Positions 51,440 to 64,000 of a stretch of 64,000 nt of DNA are shown in pieces. Position numbers and translations under genes: made by a program. The notes beneath the pieces are model-generated. The model ran no database searches, had not been told where the DNA came from, and saw only the letters and a list, made by a program, of their open reading frames with translations. How positions within the stretch are numbered: the first letter of the stretch is position 1; each line of letters opens with the position of its first letter. The stretch is from contig NC_042998.1 in NCBI RefSeq assembly GCF_006345805.1, positions 52,948,001 through 53,012,000 on the forward strand, given 5' to 3'. Source of the DNA: Octopus sinensis (Eukaryota).

Positions 51440-51728
51440 TAGTGGTTCTCAACCAGTGTCATTATAAGATTATGGTGGGTTCACTTAAGCAAAATAATCC
51501 ACAGTATCATTTTGAGGGTTCATGAAAACAGTTTGCTATAGATTAGGTTTCTTTCTCAAACATTTTATGCAGTTCAACCTATGCAAGTTAACATGGGATG
51601 AACAAGACAGGAATTTTGAAAGAAATATCTATAAAATTAGTTTTCAAACATCAAATGGTTATGGGGGTCTACCAAAATAAAATAGTAACCAATAGGGTCT
51701 ATAGAAGTAAAATCGTTGAGTATCACTG
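51440..51728. mobile_element. hAT (Charlie-like) MITE
   Basis: Ends tagtggttctcaac / gttgagtatcactg; 8-bp TSD ctctaaag / gtctaaag (7 of 8). Confidence 0.85.
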
Positions 51729-51949
51729 GTCTAAAGGAACTCAAGAGCCAAAGGTGTCCTGTCTTCAAAATAGCTAAACTTACTCAACAATCAAATTATT
51801 GCACTCCATTCTAACATCTTAAATACAGAGGAAACAGTCATAACTGCTCACCTTTATCGTGGCTCTATGGTTGACAATAATTATGGTTTCCATAAAGACA
51901 GATCAACTGGAAAGTTGCTATATTACAATATAGATTTTAAATTTTGGTA

Positions 51950-52140
51950 CAAGGCCAGCCAGGTTTGGGAAGAAAGCTAGTTGATTACATTGACCCTCAA
52001 TAATCAATTGGTACTTACTTTATTCACTCCAAAAGGATGAAAGGCAAAGTCAACCTCAGCAGAATTTGAATGCTGAATGTAAAGACAGATGAAATGCTAC
52101 TAAGCATTTTGCCCGGCATTCTAATGATTCTGCTAGCTTG
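51950..52140 (-). mobile_element. SINE family 4
   Basis: Homologous to 53180-53380. Confidence 0.8.
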
Positions 52141-52580
52141 TAGTCCTGATATGATATTACAATATTACACACCAACTGTTTCTGACTCTTTAGAACTTTG
52201 ACAAAAGCTATATTTTGCTCCTGTCATCATCAAAGTCTTCAAGCATATATGACAGAAGAAACTGCAAGGTAAATTGCCAGTCTAGCCATTTTATATCTCT
52301 TGGACTGATAAATTCTTGCCAAACAGGTTAATCACAGCACCTACATACAGTATTTTCTCAAACACGTTCTATAAACTTGGTTATGATATGTCTCATGGCA
52401 AGCTCTCTTTTATTGCACCTTCTGATCAATAATATTACAGTTAGTGCCAAACACTGCACAGTCCTTTGGGAATAATACCACTTATATATACAGGCATCAT
52501 TCACCCAAAATAAAACCCATCAATGAGCATAAGTCTTAAAAACATCATAGGATAAAGAAATTACAACTTAGTCTTCTTAA

Positions 52581-52839
52581 CCCTTTTACTGCAGAAATCA
52601 GATATATCCACCCAAAATTTCATTACCCCTTAGCTGCAGAAAGCAATTTGATATACCTACCTATCTTTTGTTGAGGAATGTCATGTCTGAAACTATTTTC
52701 TGTTGAGATATATCAAGTTTACTGAGGCAACATGATTTGCAGAAAATAGCAGAAAATATCATTCTATTTCTTGAATTGTTTTGAAGAGATTTAACACTGT
52801 TACTGGAAAATCATGAAATCTAATTTTACAGTGAAAGGG
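52581..52839. mobile_element. piggyBac-type MITE (family C)
   Basis: TTAA 52577-52580 and 52840-52843; TIR cccttttactg / cagtgaaaggg. Confidence 0.85.
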
Positions 52840-53179
52840 TTAAAGAAAACCAATACCCTTTTACTCATTTAGGAAGCAGACAACATCTTTTCTCAGCTCA
52901 CAAAAACTTCACAGCTAAAATCTAAAACTATCTTCTTTTTCATTTTAAAACATTGTCCATTTTACCTTTTGTATGCAATCAATACAGAGTGCAGCAAAAA
53001 CAAACAAGCCCCTCAGCTCCCCAAAAAATCAGATTCACCATTCTTGATATATATTTCAACAGCAAATTCACAGTGTGCACCTCTCCAAACTATGATTGTA
53101 ACTACACAGAAACAATAAACCATTATCTGCATGAAGACACTGTTATCACCAGCCCTACTTTACTTATCCTTCCTACTAT

Positions 53180-53380
53180 TGGCACAAAGACTGAAATTTG
53201 GAGGAGGGGGATAGTTGATTTCATCAACCCCAGTACATTACTGGTACTTATTTAATCGACCCCGAAAGGATGAAAGGCAAAGTCAATCTTGGCAGAATTT
53301 GAATTCAGAACGTAGCGACAGGTGAAATACTGCTAAGCATTTCATCCAGCGTGCTAACGATTTTGCCAGCTCACTGCCAA
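53180..53380 (-). mobile_element. SINE family 4
   Basis: Minus strand ggcagtgagctggcaaaatcgttagc...gcctttcatcctttcggggtcgattaaataagtaccag. Confidence 0.85.
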
Positions 53381-53589
53381 CTTTACTCATACCATACCAA
53401 TGATCATATAACATATGGGAGGTCTTTCTGTCACACCCTGTATATCTGATCTATGTTGGATAATGTTAGTCCTGCTTAGGCTTCAATCTTTTTTAAAATA
53501 AATTACAACAAACTGCAAATAGAACAAAATACTACATTTGGCATCACAACAGATTTCTTACAGATCCTTGTCACTGATTACTAAAATCC

Positions 53590-53802
53590 TTTCTACTATA
53601 GGCACAAGGCCTGAAATTTAAGGTGAGTGGGCTAGTCGATTATATCGATCCCAGTACTCAATTGGTACTAATTTTATCGACCCTGAAAGGATGAAAGACA
53701 AAACCAACCCCAGCAGAATTTGAACTCAAAATGTTAAAAGGGACGAAATGTTGCTAGGCATTTTGCTTGGTATGCTAACGATTCTGCCCGCTCACCACCT
53801 TA
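53590..53802 (-). mobile_element. SINE family 4
   Basis: Same head, central domain and ggccttgtgcctatagtagaaagg tail. Confidence 0.85.
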
Positions 53803-55844
53803 AAGATTACTAAAATAAAATCAAAAATACTCCAGGATGACAGAGCACCTGAACATACCAGGAGAAAAAGATTTTGTTGCTGAAAGTTCTTATGCATACA
53901 CACCTGTAGGTCAAACACTGTAAGTATTATGAAACATCTACATATGAAGAAAACTTATTCATCCACACAGAACAGAGTAATGTAACAACCACATATGTAC
54001 AAAAATAGCACCAACAATGTCAATAACATCAACATTGTGATTAAGCCTAACTTAATCACCTCTCCTATGAGTCTCATCAGAATCTAGAAAGATACATAGA
54101 CAAATTAAATAGTATAGAAACTGCAGCATGCCCCAACAGAATATCATACAATAAAAATCTGCATTCTCGAATGTATGATTAAGTCCTTTATCAGACTAAA
54201 GTACAGCATGCTTAGAGTAATAGAATTATAGATTTCACATAGCTGTTACCTCCATGCTCTATGTTTGTTTCATTAGGATAACTGATCAGAGTTTTGCAGC
54301 AACAACTAAAAACCAACACAAATTTTACAAATGCTATACATCAAAATCTCTGATGATTCTTTATGGTGACTAATTTGAGAGAACTATGCTCTAATATGTA
54401 GGCTTCCTTGCCAGTATCAGAAAATATTTCAATCATGATCTCAACTATTGATTGTCCATAAACTCAAGTGCAATCAACATTACACTGCTACTAATATATC
54501 TTGGGTAGTTCAGCACCCATACACACACACACAACACACACACACACACACACACGCATACACATGCACACATTCTTGACTACATCCCCACTTTTTAATC
54601 AATGAGTCAACGAGTTTATAGTCTCTATACTAAATTCACATCATCACTCTTATTTACAAAGACTAAATGAATTAAGGAATAAGCTCTAACATGATCACAC
54701 ACTCTAATCGAAGCAACAGCTAAATCTCCCTCGTATGAGTTCCCACAGCCTTAAAAAATTAACTTTATCAAATGAATAATGCTAAAATGTTGGTCAGTTC
54801 AACAAATACAAATATTTGCAAGTAGTATTTTAAGCATTGATTTTATGGTAAAGTTAATTATCTAACGTCATATTGTAGAAACTGTACAATAAATCAAGAG
54901 CAGTAATTTTTGTTCTCTATGGAGTATTTCATTTAATGAATCAATGCATATTTGTGGGTAATTTTGAATCATTAATCTCTTGGTTAGGAGACTAGTATGT
55001 TCATACTTCCTAGTGCTTATGTATTTATGTTAAAATATGTTTGTGAGAATATAAACTAGATAGCAAATCAAATTAAATTGGCTTTAATTCAAACATGTGA
55101 CTAATGTAATTTTGACATTATTCAGCCATGCAGGAGAATATCTAAAATAAACAGTAATTGAGAAATAATTCAGACCTTCGGTCTCTAGCACATATTTAGT
55201 ATTATTTTAATCTCATTCTCAGTTCTGAGGTTTTTATTCTGATTCTCTCTCCAAATAAATAAATAAATAAAATAAAGTAAAAAATGAATATATATATATA
55301 TATATATAAACCTTTCGCATATGATTTTAGGAATATTTGCAATATATTGATCATTACTGAATTGCTTTGAAAACATCTGATCAATGTATTCTGCAGCTTT
55401 TATCATTCTCAGCAAAGCTAGATAACCCTGAACATTCTGTACAACACATTTTTAGCCAAATCAGCAGCTTCTCATCATTAATTCATTGAAGAATGCAGAT
55501 CGTTTCCTTTTATTTAGATTCTGTTGAAGTCTAGGATGCATAAAATCTTCATTTAATTAAATTTATATCTTCTTCCTAAGATACTGGCTGGTATCACATG
55601 ATTTTAATTTTAACTTTGGGACAGTGTATTTATCACAGAAGCAGAATGGCAAGCCTTGTTGTGACTGTTTTTTTTAATGACTTAGTCAGGAAGAAGGGGC
55701 AATGCTTATAACCTTTGCAGACCCTTCAAGACAGGTGAGATATGAGCAATGTTCAGTTAGAATATCTATAAGTTGATAACATCTCTAAGACAAACGATGG
55801 CATAAAATAAATACTGGAACATTGACATTCTTGGGAAGAAAGAT

Positions 55845-56051
55845 TAGACAGTATAACACTTTGGCCTAGTGTCTTCTACTATGGTCTCAGACTGATCAAA
55901 GCTTTGTAAAGGGATTTGATAGAAGGAAACTGAAAGAGGCTTGTTGTATATGTACATAAAAACAGACAGACAAATTGAGAGATAAAGATATAGATAGAGA
56001 GATATAGATAGATAGAGACAGACGGACAGGCAGGCAGGCAGGCAGGCAGGC

Positions 56052-56120
<69 letters not shown>

Positions 56121-56355
56121 TAGATATAGATAGATAAATATTGATAGATAGATATAGATAGATCAATAGGTAGGTAGATAGATAAAGATATTATATATAT
56201 ATATAACACCACTGTTTGACAATCAGAGTTAGTTTGCTTACATCCCCATAACTTTAAGACAAAATAAATACTGGGGTCAAATTATTCCACTTATATGCTG
56301 CAAGGTGATTCCCCAGCATGGTCACAGTCCAATGACTGTAACAAGTAAAAGTAAG
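55845..56355 (+). mobile_element. SINE family 1 with expanded central (GATA/GGCA)n tract
   Basis: Both halves recognisable around a ~230-bp microsatellite. Confidence 0.75.
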
Positions 56356-56745
56356 ATAGTTGTTAGTGAAAGAGAAGGCACAAAATAGGTGCCCAGGAGA
56401 GGATAGATGGCACTGTGCAAAGTGTGAATGGCACTGTGGTATTCAACTAGCAGATTTAGAGCAGCAGGCTCTTTACATTAGCAACAAAATAAACAAGGAA
56501 AAATAATTGATTTGTCCTTAGGATAGATGTAGGAACAAAAACATTAGTTTGTAACGGTTATGTTTGAGACTGATAGTTGTTGGGAAATACCTATTTCCTC
56601 TTTCCACAAGGAATTTTAACTTCATATCATATTTGGGAAAGTTTGTGGGAATGTCTATCCTAACTATCCTGTCTGTTTTAATTCAGTGTTTGATGACCTT
56701 TAAATTGATTTAGAATTGTGATAAAGGAAATTTTAGGTACAATTC

Positions 56746-56964
56746 TGATCCTTTCAATACCAGCCCACCTGAGACTGCCCCAGGTTTTATGATACAAACT
56801 TTCTGTTTTGAAGTGATCTAAATTATAACATTCTTTCAGAATTTCATGTTGATTTATGTTGCAAACTACCAGATTGATAATATCAATAGATTCTTCATTA
56901 TTTTCAAAATTAATTGAAACAAAGGCAGTGTATTTCAACAGAAATATGGTAACAAAAGGGTAAA
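56746..56964. mobile_element. piggyBac-type MITE (family B), inverted copy
   Basis: Reverse-complement match to 29818-30037. Confidence 0.7.
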
Positions 56965-58530
56965 TAAATCTGAGAGATACATATCAACCTCCAGAGCTAG
57001 TGTAGTATTGGAAAAAGCTATAAGGAACATAACTGGTTTTATAGATAAGCAGCTCTTACCATAACACCTTTAAAGATTCTTCTTCTGCATTATTTAAAAC
57101 CCCTGTGTACAATTACTAGAGTTTTTGACAAGAAACGGTTAAAGAGAATATATTTGTATATTTGTATATAATTCTTTTTCAGATTGACAAGAAACAGAAG
57201 TACAAGAAATGGAAGGAAACTTTCTTTAATTGCAAACCAAACAAATCCCCTAAACTGGAGAAATTGACAGCACTATAGAAGATATCCCATTAATCAGATG
57301 GAATGGGACAGAGATCTTGGCTTGAGATTGATGGAATAAATGTGGATATTGCATGTGAAAACAAATCTAAATACAATAACTCCCAATGTTGTTACAATTA
57401 CTACTGTTGTTGTTATTGATGTTGTTAAATTGTTGTGTTTTGGCATGAATGAATGTATTTTCAAACTGCTCCAAGACAACTTGATTATTATCAAGTTTAC
57501 TGGATGAAGATTTTTCTTTTCTGGATTATTTTGCAAACAGGGAACTTTGAAATGTGCGGATGATCTAATACCATGGTAGAGCAAAATGATCTTACTTGCA
57601 GGTATTATTTTATTTAGTCTGAAAGTGTTTTTTGTATTTACAGTGTATTCAAAATGACTTCTACTAATGGAGGAGTAAGTGCTAAAAACAAAGAAAGAAG
57701 TAATGGATATGGATTTACCTATCAAAATGAATTAAATTTTGAATGCACAAAAATTTAGAAAAATAAGATAAGCAGAATACAAAAAAGAAACATAAAAATT
57801 GGCAACCTTCATAAACATAGATAATAATGATCTGATATTTGAAAACATAAACTTACATGAGTTAAATAAAAGTACTAACAACAACAGCAACAATTCAAAC
57901 TCATATGATACTAATAAAACTTATTAAAGCAACTCCTTTGCTATCGAGCAAAAGAGGATTTTAGGCAAGGGTTGAATCTAATCAAAGGAAGAAACATAGC
58001 AGTAGTAAGTAACAAATAAAAGTACCTCTTTGCTTGAAAGATTTGTTAAAGAATAAACAATGTGTGACATACCTCTGCTGCACAAAGACCAGCAGGAGTT
58101 TCCATATACCTTCAAAGGAACAATTAAAGGAAGCAGTAGATGATGGATAGGATGATATGTGTTCCAATGATAGGTGCAGAGTGTATGATATTGTATGTCA
58201 GGTTTTCAAAGCAAGGAAGTAGAACAAACTGGTCGACTACATATCTATCAATAGGCTGGTGCACCAATATATGGGATTATGTAACATACTTTTTGTTACC
58301 CGTTTTCTTGTTTTCATAAATTATATATTATTGAATTTATTGTATTTTGTTATATGCATGGTTCCACTGGTCTGGAAAAAAACTGTTTTGCATGAAAGAC
58401 CATAGCCCATAGTGCAAAAAAAGGGTAGGGGACCACTTCCTTACTGGATATCAACAACATATGACAGATTTGAAAAGTCTGTCTTGAGCATACACAGTCA
58501 TTAGGCTGGAGATTATTTTAGTTTCCATGA

Positions 58531-61500
58531 CATCATCATCATCATCATCATCATTTAGCGTCCGTTTTCCATGCTAGCATGGGTTGGACGGTTCAACTGG
58601 GGTCTGGGGAGCCCGAAGGCTGCACCAGGCCAGTCAGATCTGGCAGTGTTTCTACAGCTGGATGCCCTTCCTAACGCCAACCACTCCGAGAGTGTAGTGG
58701 GTGATTTTATGTGCCACCGACACAGGTGCCAGACGAGGCTGGCGAACGGCCACGCTCGGATGTGTTTTTATGTGCCACCGACACAGGTGCCAGACGAGGC
58801 TGGCAGACGGCCACGCTCGGATGGTGTTTTTATGTGCCACCGACACAGGTGCCAGATGAGGCTGGCAGGTGCCAGACGAGGCTGGCAGACGGCCACGCTC
58901 GGATGGTGTTTTTATGTGCCACCGACACAGGTGCCAGATGAGGCTGGCGGACGGCCACGATCGGATGGTGTTTGTTACGTCCCCAAAGCACGGAGGCCAG
59001 TCTATGCGGTACTGGCTACGGCCACGTTCGGATGATTTTCTTGTGTGCCACCGGCACTGGTACCACAAAGATACAAATTCCATTTATGCTCATCTATTTT
59101 GATTTGTTTTGATTTGATTTGATTTTCACTTGCCTCAACAGGTCTTCACAAGTGTCACTTGCCTCAACAGGTCTTCACAAGTGTCACAAGAAGGAAGGTA
59201 TGCACAGGTGGACTGTCTACGTCGCCGGGTCTTCGGATGGTGTCTTTATGTGCCACCGACACAGGTGCCAGATGTGGCTGGCGAACGGCCACGATCGGAT
59301 GGTTTTCTTGCGTGCCACCGGTACTGGAACCACAAAGATACAAATTCCATTGATGTTCATCTATTTTGATTTGGTTTGATTTTCACTTGCCTCAACAGGT
59401 CTTCACAAGTGTCACGCGTGTCCTTGTGTGCCACCGGTACTGGAACCACAAAGATACAAATTCCATTGATGTTCATCTATTTTGATTTGGTTTGATTTTC
59501 ACTTGCCTCAACAGTCTTCACAAGTGTCACGCGTGTCACACACTTGCCTCAACAGGTCTCCACAAGTGTCACACACTTGCCTCTGCCTCAACAGGTCTTC
59601 ACAAGTGTCACACACTTGCCTCTGCCTCAACAGGTCTTCACAAGTGTCATAAGAGGGAAGGTATGCACAGGTGGACTGACTACGTCGCCGGGTCTTTGGA
59701 TGGTGTTTTTATGTGCCACCGACACAGGTGCCAGGTGAGGCTGGCGAACGGCCACGATCAGATGGTGTTTGTTGTGCCCACAGCACGGAGGCCAGTCGAT
59801 GCGGTACCAGCTACGGCCACTTCGGATGGTTTTCTTGTGTGCCACCGGTACTGGAACCACAAAGATACAAATTCCATTGATATTCATCTATTTTGATTTG
59901 GTTTGATTTTTGATTTTCACTTGCCTCAACAGGTCTTCACAAGTGTCACACACTTGCCTCAACAGGTCTTCACAAGTGTCATAAGAGGAAGGTATGCACA
60001 GGTGGACTGACTACGTCGCCGGGTCTTCGGATGGTGTCTTTATGTGCCACCGGCACAGGTGCCAGATGAGGCTGGCGAACGGCCACGATCGGATGGTGTT
60101 TGTTGTGCCCACAGCACGGAGGCCAGTCGATGCGGTACTGGTTACGGCCACGTTTGGGTGGTTTTCTTGTGTGCCACCGGCACTGGTACCACAAAGAATA
60201 CAATTCCACTGATGTTCATCTATTTTGATTTGTTTTGATTTGATTTGATTTTCACTTGCCTCAACAGGTCTTCATAAGTGTCACAAGAAGGAAGGTATGC
60301 ACAGGACTGACTACGTCCCAGGTCGGGGCCACGGGTTATGGCCTGACTAGTCTTGCCGGGTCTTCTCATGCACAGCATACTTCCATAGGTCTCGGTCTCT
60401 AGACATTTCCTTAGTGAGACCTAAAGTTCGAAGGTCGTGCTTCACCACCTCGTCCCAGGTTTTCCTGGGTCTACCTCTTCCACAGGTTCCCTCCACTGCT
60501 AGGGTGTAGCACTTTTGCACACAACTATCTTCAGCCTTTCTTGTCACATGACCATACCAGCGCAGCCGTCTCTCTTGCACGCCACAACTGACGCTTCTTA
60601 GGTTCAGCTTTTCTCTCAAGGAACTTACACTCTGACGATTATGAACACTGACATTACACATCCATCGGAGCATACTGGCTTCATTTCTTGCGAGCTTACG
60701 CATATCCTCAGCAGTCACGGCCCATGTTTCACTACCATGTAGCATGGCTGTACGTACACATGCATCATACAGTCTGCCTTTTACTCTGAGCGAGAGGCCT
60801 TTTGTCACCAGCAGGGGTAAGAGCTCTCTAAACTTTGCCCAGGCTATTCTTACTCTAGCAGTTACACTTTCAGCACACCCACCCCCGCTACTGACTTGGT
60901 CTCCTAGGTAGCGGAAGCTATCAACTATTTCTAGTTTGTCTCCCTGGAACGTGGCAGAAGTTGGTCTCTGCATATTTCCAGTGTTTATTGCTCCTGAGCA
61001 TTTGCCACAGACAAAAACTATTTTCCTAGTTAGCCTTCCTTTCACATTGCTGCACCTCTTATGTGTCCATAGCTTACACTTGGTGCATCTTATAGAGTTT
61101 CTACCTACACCTTTTTTACAGATCGAGCAGGGCCATCTACCTGAAGGCGTTTGTGATTGATCTACCTTCCTACTTATTAGAACTTTGGTTTTGGCTAGGT
61201 TGATTCTAAGGCCCTTCGATTCTAATCCTTGTTTCCACACCTGGAACTTCTCCTCCAGTTCTGATAGTGACTCAGCAATTAGAGCAAGGTCATCAGCATA
61301 GAGGAGCTCCCAGGGGCAACCTGTCTTGAATTCCTCCGTTATTGCCTGGAGGACTATGATAAATAGGAGGGGACTGAGGACTGAACCTTGGTGGACCCCA
61401 ACCTCTACCCGGAATTCTTCACTGTACTCGTTGCCCACCCTCACCTTACTAGCAGCGTCTCTGTACATGGCTTGCACAGCTCTCACCAACCATTCTTCTA

Positions 61501-62085
61501 TCCCTAGTTTCCTCATTGACCACCAGATAAGGGACCGGGGGACCCTGTCAAAGGCTTTCTCCAAGTCAACAAAAGCCAGGTACAAGGGCTTATCTTTGGC
61601 TAGGTATTTCTCCTGCAGCTGTCTTACCAGGAATATAGCATCAGTAGTACTTTTCCCTGGCACGAACCCAAACTGCATATCATCTAAGGTAACTCTCTCT
61701 CTAATTAGTTCGGCTACAACCCTCTCCGTAACCTTCATTACCTGATCCAGCAGCTTGATGCCCCTGTAGTTATTTGTCTCTAGGGCGTCGCCTTTACCTT
61801 TGTAGCAGTTGACTATTATGCTGCTACACCAGTCATTGGGTATGACCCCCTCGTGTATCACCTGGTTAACTATACGGGTGACTAAGCTATAGCCGACACC
61901 ACCAGATATTTTGAGCATCTCTGCAGTAATTCCTGATGGGCCTGGGCTTTCCCTGTTTTCATGCTTCTAATTGCCTTATCTACTAAGGAACTGTTAACTC
62001 GGATTGCTGGTCCCTCTGTTGGGTCGAGGGACCAGCAATCCGAGTTAACAGTTCCTTAGTAGATAAGGCAATTAGAAGCATGAAA
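58531..62085 (-). mobile_element. young 5'-truncated RTE-clade LINE with expanded 3' UTR and 5' inversion
   Basis: (GAT)n tail at 58531, repeated UTR to 60346, RT ORF, fold-back 61957-62085; CpG-rich compared with the host; no APE endonuclease present. Confidence 0.92.
60347..61918 (-). CDS. RTE-clade non-LTR reverse transcriptase (523 aa, N-terminally truncated)
   Basis: NYRGIKLL, QFGF..GKSTTDAIF, FVDLEKAFDRV, GVHQGSVLSPLLF, LYADDL, FRYLG, RRLRWYGHV, GRGRPRKTW; extends upstream by a 1-nt frameshift (SMKTGKA/PGPSGITAEM) to ~62025. Confidence 0.95.
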   Translation of the reverse strand: MLKISGGVGYSLVTRIVNQVIHEGVIPNDWCSSIIVNCYKGKGDALETNNYRGIKLLDQVMKVTERVVAELIRERVTLDDMQFGFVPGKSTTDAIFLVRQLQEKYLAKDKPLYLAFVDLEKAFDRVPRSLIWWSMRKLGIEEWLVRAVQAMYRDAASKVRVGNEYSEEFRVEVGVHQGSVLSPLLFIIVLQAITEEFKTGCPWELLYADDLALIAESLSELEEKFQVWKQGLESKGLRINLAKTKVLISRKVDQSQTPSGRWPCSICKKGVGRNSIRCTKCKLWTHKRCSNVKGRLTRKIVFVCGKCSGAINTGNMQRPTSATFQGDKLEIVDSFRYLGDQVSSGGGCAESVTARVRIAWAKFRELLPLLVTKGLSLRVKGRLYDACVRTAMLHGSETWAVTAEDMRKLARNEASMLRWMCNVSVHNRQSVSSLREKLNLRSVSCGVQERRLRWYGHVTRKAEDSCVQKCYTLAVEGTCGRGRPRKTWDEVVKHDLRTLGLTKEMSRDRDLWKYAVHEKTRQD

Positions 62086-62902
62086 TGACAAAGTGTACCA
62101 GATAGTAGATAGGCAATTAGAAGCATGTAAATGACAAAGTGTACCAGATACACCACTGAAAGGGACACCAAATCCATTGCAGAGTTAACACTGGGCTGTT
62201 GAACTTGAGCTGTTGTTGGTACTCATTTTCAGCTGAATGAATTGAAGCGATCTTACCCAAGACTGCAATGTATTACTTGTCCAGCAACCATATGACCACA
62301 AGCATAGCAACCTAATTCCTGTGACACATGCCATCACTTATGTGTGAAGGAATCTGTATATGTATTTTGATTATATACATTCTTTTCTGAATACATGCAA
62401 AGTATGCATCTATATTTCCATATCATACATACATACATATATACATACATACATACATACATACATACATACATACATACATACATACATACATACATAC
62501 ATACATACGTACGTACATATGCCAACAGAATAGAGCCTTGTAATTTCAAAACAGCTTTCCAGTCTGATGGTTTATTGACTGAGCTAATGTGATGTGTGTT
62601 CACTCAACCATTATAAAGGTCAGCAAAAGCAGATAATCATCAATAATTTGAATACAGACATTGATCCTAGATATATTGGATATAACGTATGAATATTGAG
62701 CAGTTAAGAAGTATCCAGTAATTAACTAATGATTAATCATTTTGGAATATTTAGCAATGCATTAAAAGTCCTTTCTTCTGTGACAGAAAACTGGATTCAT
62801 AGAAAATGTACTTATGTTTCAATTAATATCGTTATCATAGAGTGTTATTAAATGTACTTGTCACTATAACCCATACTATGTAATCAACTATATACATATA
62901 AA

Positions 62903-63084
62903 AATACTTAGTTTTTTTTAGCAAAGATTGTTCCAAATCAAGATCCAAGTTAAAATCAAAGATGAAAAAGATAAAGCAAAGAGTATATGACCAATACTTA
63001 GTTTTTTTTAGCAAAGATTGTTCCAAATCAAGATCCAAGTTAAAATCAAAGATGAAAAAGATAAAGCAAAGAGTATATGACCAA
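62903..63084 (+). repeat. perfect 90-bp tandem duplication
   Basis: 62903-62992 equals 62993-63082. Confidence 0.95.
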
Positions 63085-63279
63085 GCTAATTATGATTTAA
63101 ATTAACAAAAACATTTATTAAAATTTATTAAACAAGACAGATATATCGATTGTGAGGAGAGATAGCTACCAATATTTGGGGTAAGGCTCTTCTTTGAAAG
63201 ATTTTTTCTCACTTCTTTGAAGACTGGACCTGCCCAAAATGTCAGAACATTAATAAAAATATTGAGCCAATGATTACAT

Positions 63280-63527
63280 CAGTGGTTCTCAATCATCTTT
63301 TTCCTATGGATCTCTTTTGTTCTTGTTTTACTCAGATAGACCCTCCTGGCCATTTGATGTTGAAAAAATGTTATATTTTTATAATTAGATATTATTAGGT
63401 ATTGTATAAAAATATTATTAAAATATTTTGTGTATTGTACAAGTGTAAAGAATTTATTGCAGATAAATTTTAACAAAATCTTAAATGGACCCTGAATGGT
63501 CATATGGACCCCAGTTGAGAACTATTG
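63280..63527. mobile_element. hAT (Charlie-like) MITE
   Basis: Ends cagtggttctcaa / ttgagaactattg; flanks gattacat / gcttacag (6 of 8). Confidence 0.8.
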
Positions 63528-64000
63528 GCTTACAGAAGGCCATGGAAACCAGTGGCTACAAAGAAGGTTGACTTGTAAATTCTGAGATAGAAAATGATGC
63601 TATGCTTCTATATATTCTATTATTTGGAGAATTGTGAAGAAGAAACTGAAGATGATGGTGATGATTATAGAGAGAGTGGCAGATTCTAGATTTTTTTCTT
63701 TAATAGTGAATGATGAGCTCAGGTTACAAGCACTTTCTAACAGCACTCAAACTTATCATGGCAAGTAAACTTCAGCAAATCATATTTCATGCAACTCATC
63801 ATCAAACAGCTGGCTGTCTCATAATCGATTACATGGAAAGTAAAAGTTTGTGAAGTGTTTTACAGCTTCACTAAATGAATATTTTACTCTACTTTTGGTA
63901 ATCAAATTCTGTTTTCTCCCCCTTATTATGCACCCATGTGTTCACACACACACACATACAATGAGCTTCCACACAATTTCTGTCTATCAATTTTCTTATT

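Noticed and set aside
56678-56938. Protein-like 86-aa minus ORF
   Set aside because: Mostly lies in a MITE homologous to 29818-30037, where the frame is not conserved
58571-60238. Many overlapping ORFs of 60-150 aa
   Set aside because: Read-through of the GC-rich tandem UTR units; the peptides are repetitive and occur on both strands
59127-60282. 29-bp direct repeats resembling a CRISPR array
   Set aside because: The spacers are themselves repeated and irregular in length, the context is a eukaryotic LINE 3' UTR, and there are no cas genes
60936-61745. Plus-strand ORFs of 74 and 139 aa
   Set aside because: Antisense shadows of the RT coding sequence

Overview
AT-rich, microsatellite-dense eukaryotic DNA. 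Its SINE, RTE and MITE families resemble what I recall of octopus/cephalopod genomes, but that assignment is from memory, not a search. I see no rRNA, no true tRNA, no CRISPR and no host gene I can name, so the window reads as intergenic or a very long intron. Nearly all track ORFs are microsatellite or repeat read-through. The only intact long CDS is the RT of a young, 5'-truncated RTE-clade LINE (minus strand, 60347-61918). That element has a PHD-type finger inside the RT, a ~1.8 kb hierarchically repeated 3' UTR and a perfect 60-bp fold-back at its 5' junction. Other content: a dead Penelope-like (PLE) RT, a Tc1 C-terminal fragment, a probable hAT fossil, Tc1/hAT/piggyBac-type MITEs, a Helentron-type non-autonomous element, at least four tRNA-derived SINE families and many RTE 3' tails. 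The most interesting signals are (i) several unrelated type I hammerhead-ribozyme-like motifs in short PLE-like termini, including a CCGANGA core variant inside a 163-bp palindrome, and (ii) a triplicated block that looks like a duplicated terminal exon, with TGA/TAG/TAA at the same position. A few speculative host exons are given at low confidence. Repeat boundaries are estimated by eye unless a TSD or TIR is quoted.
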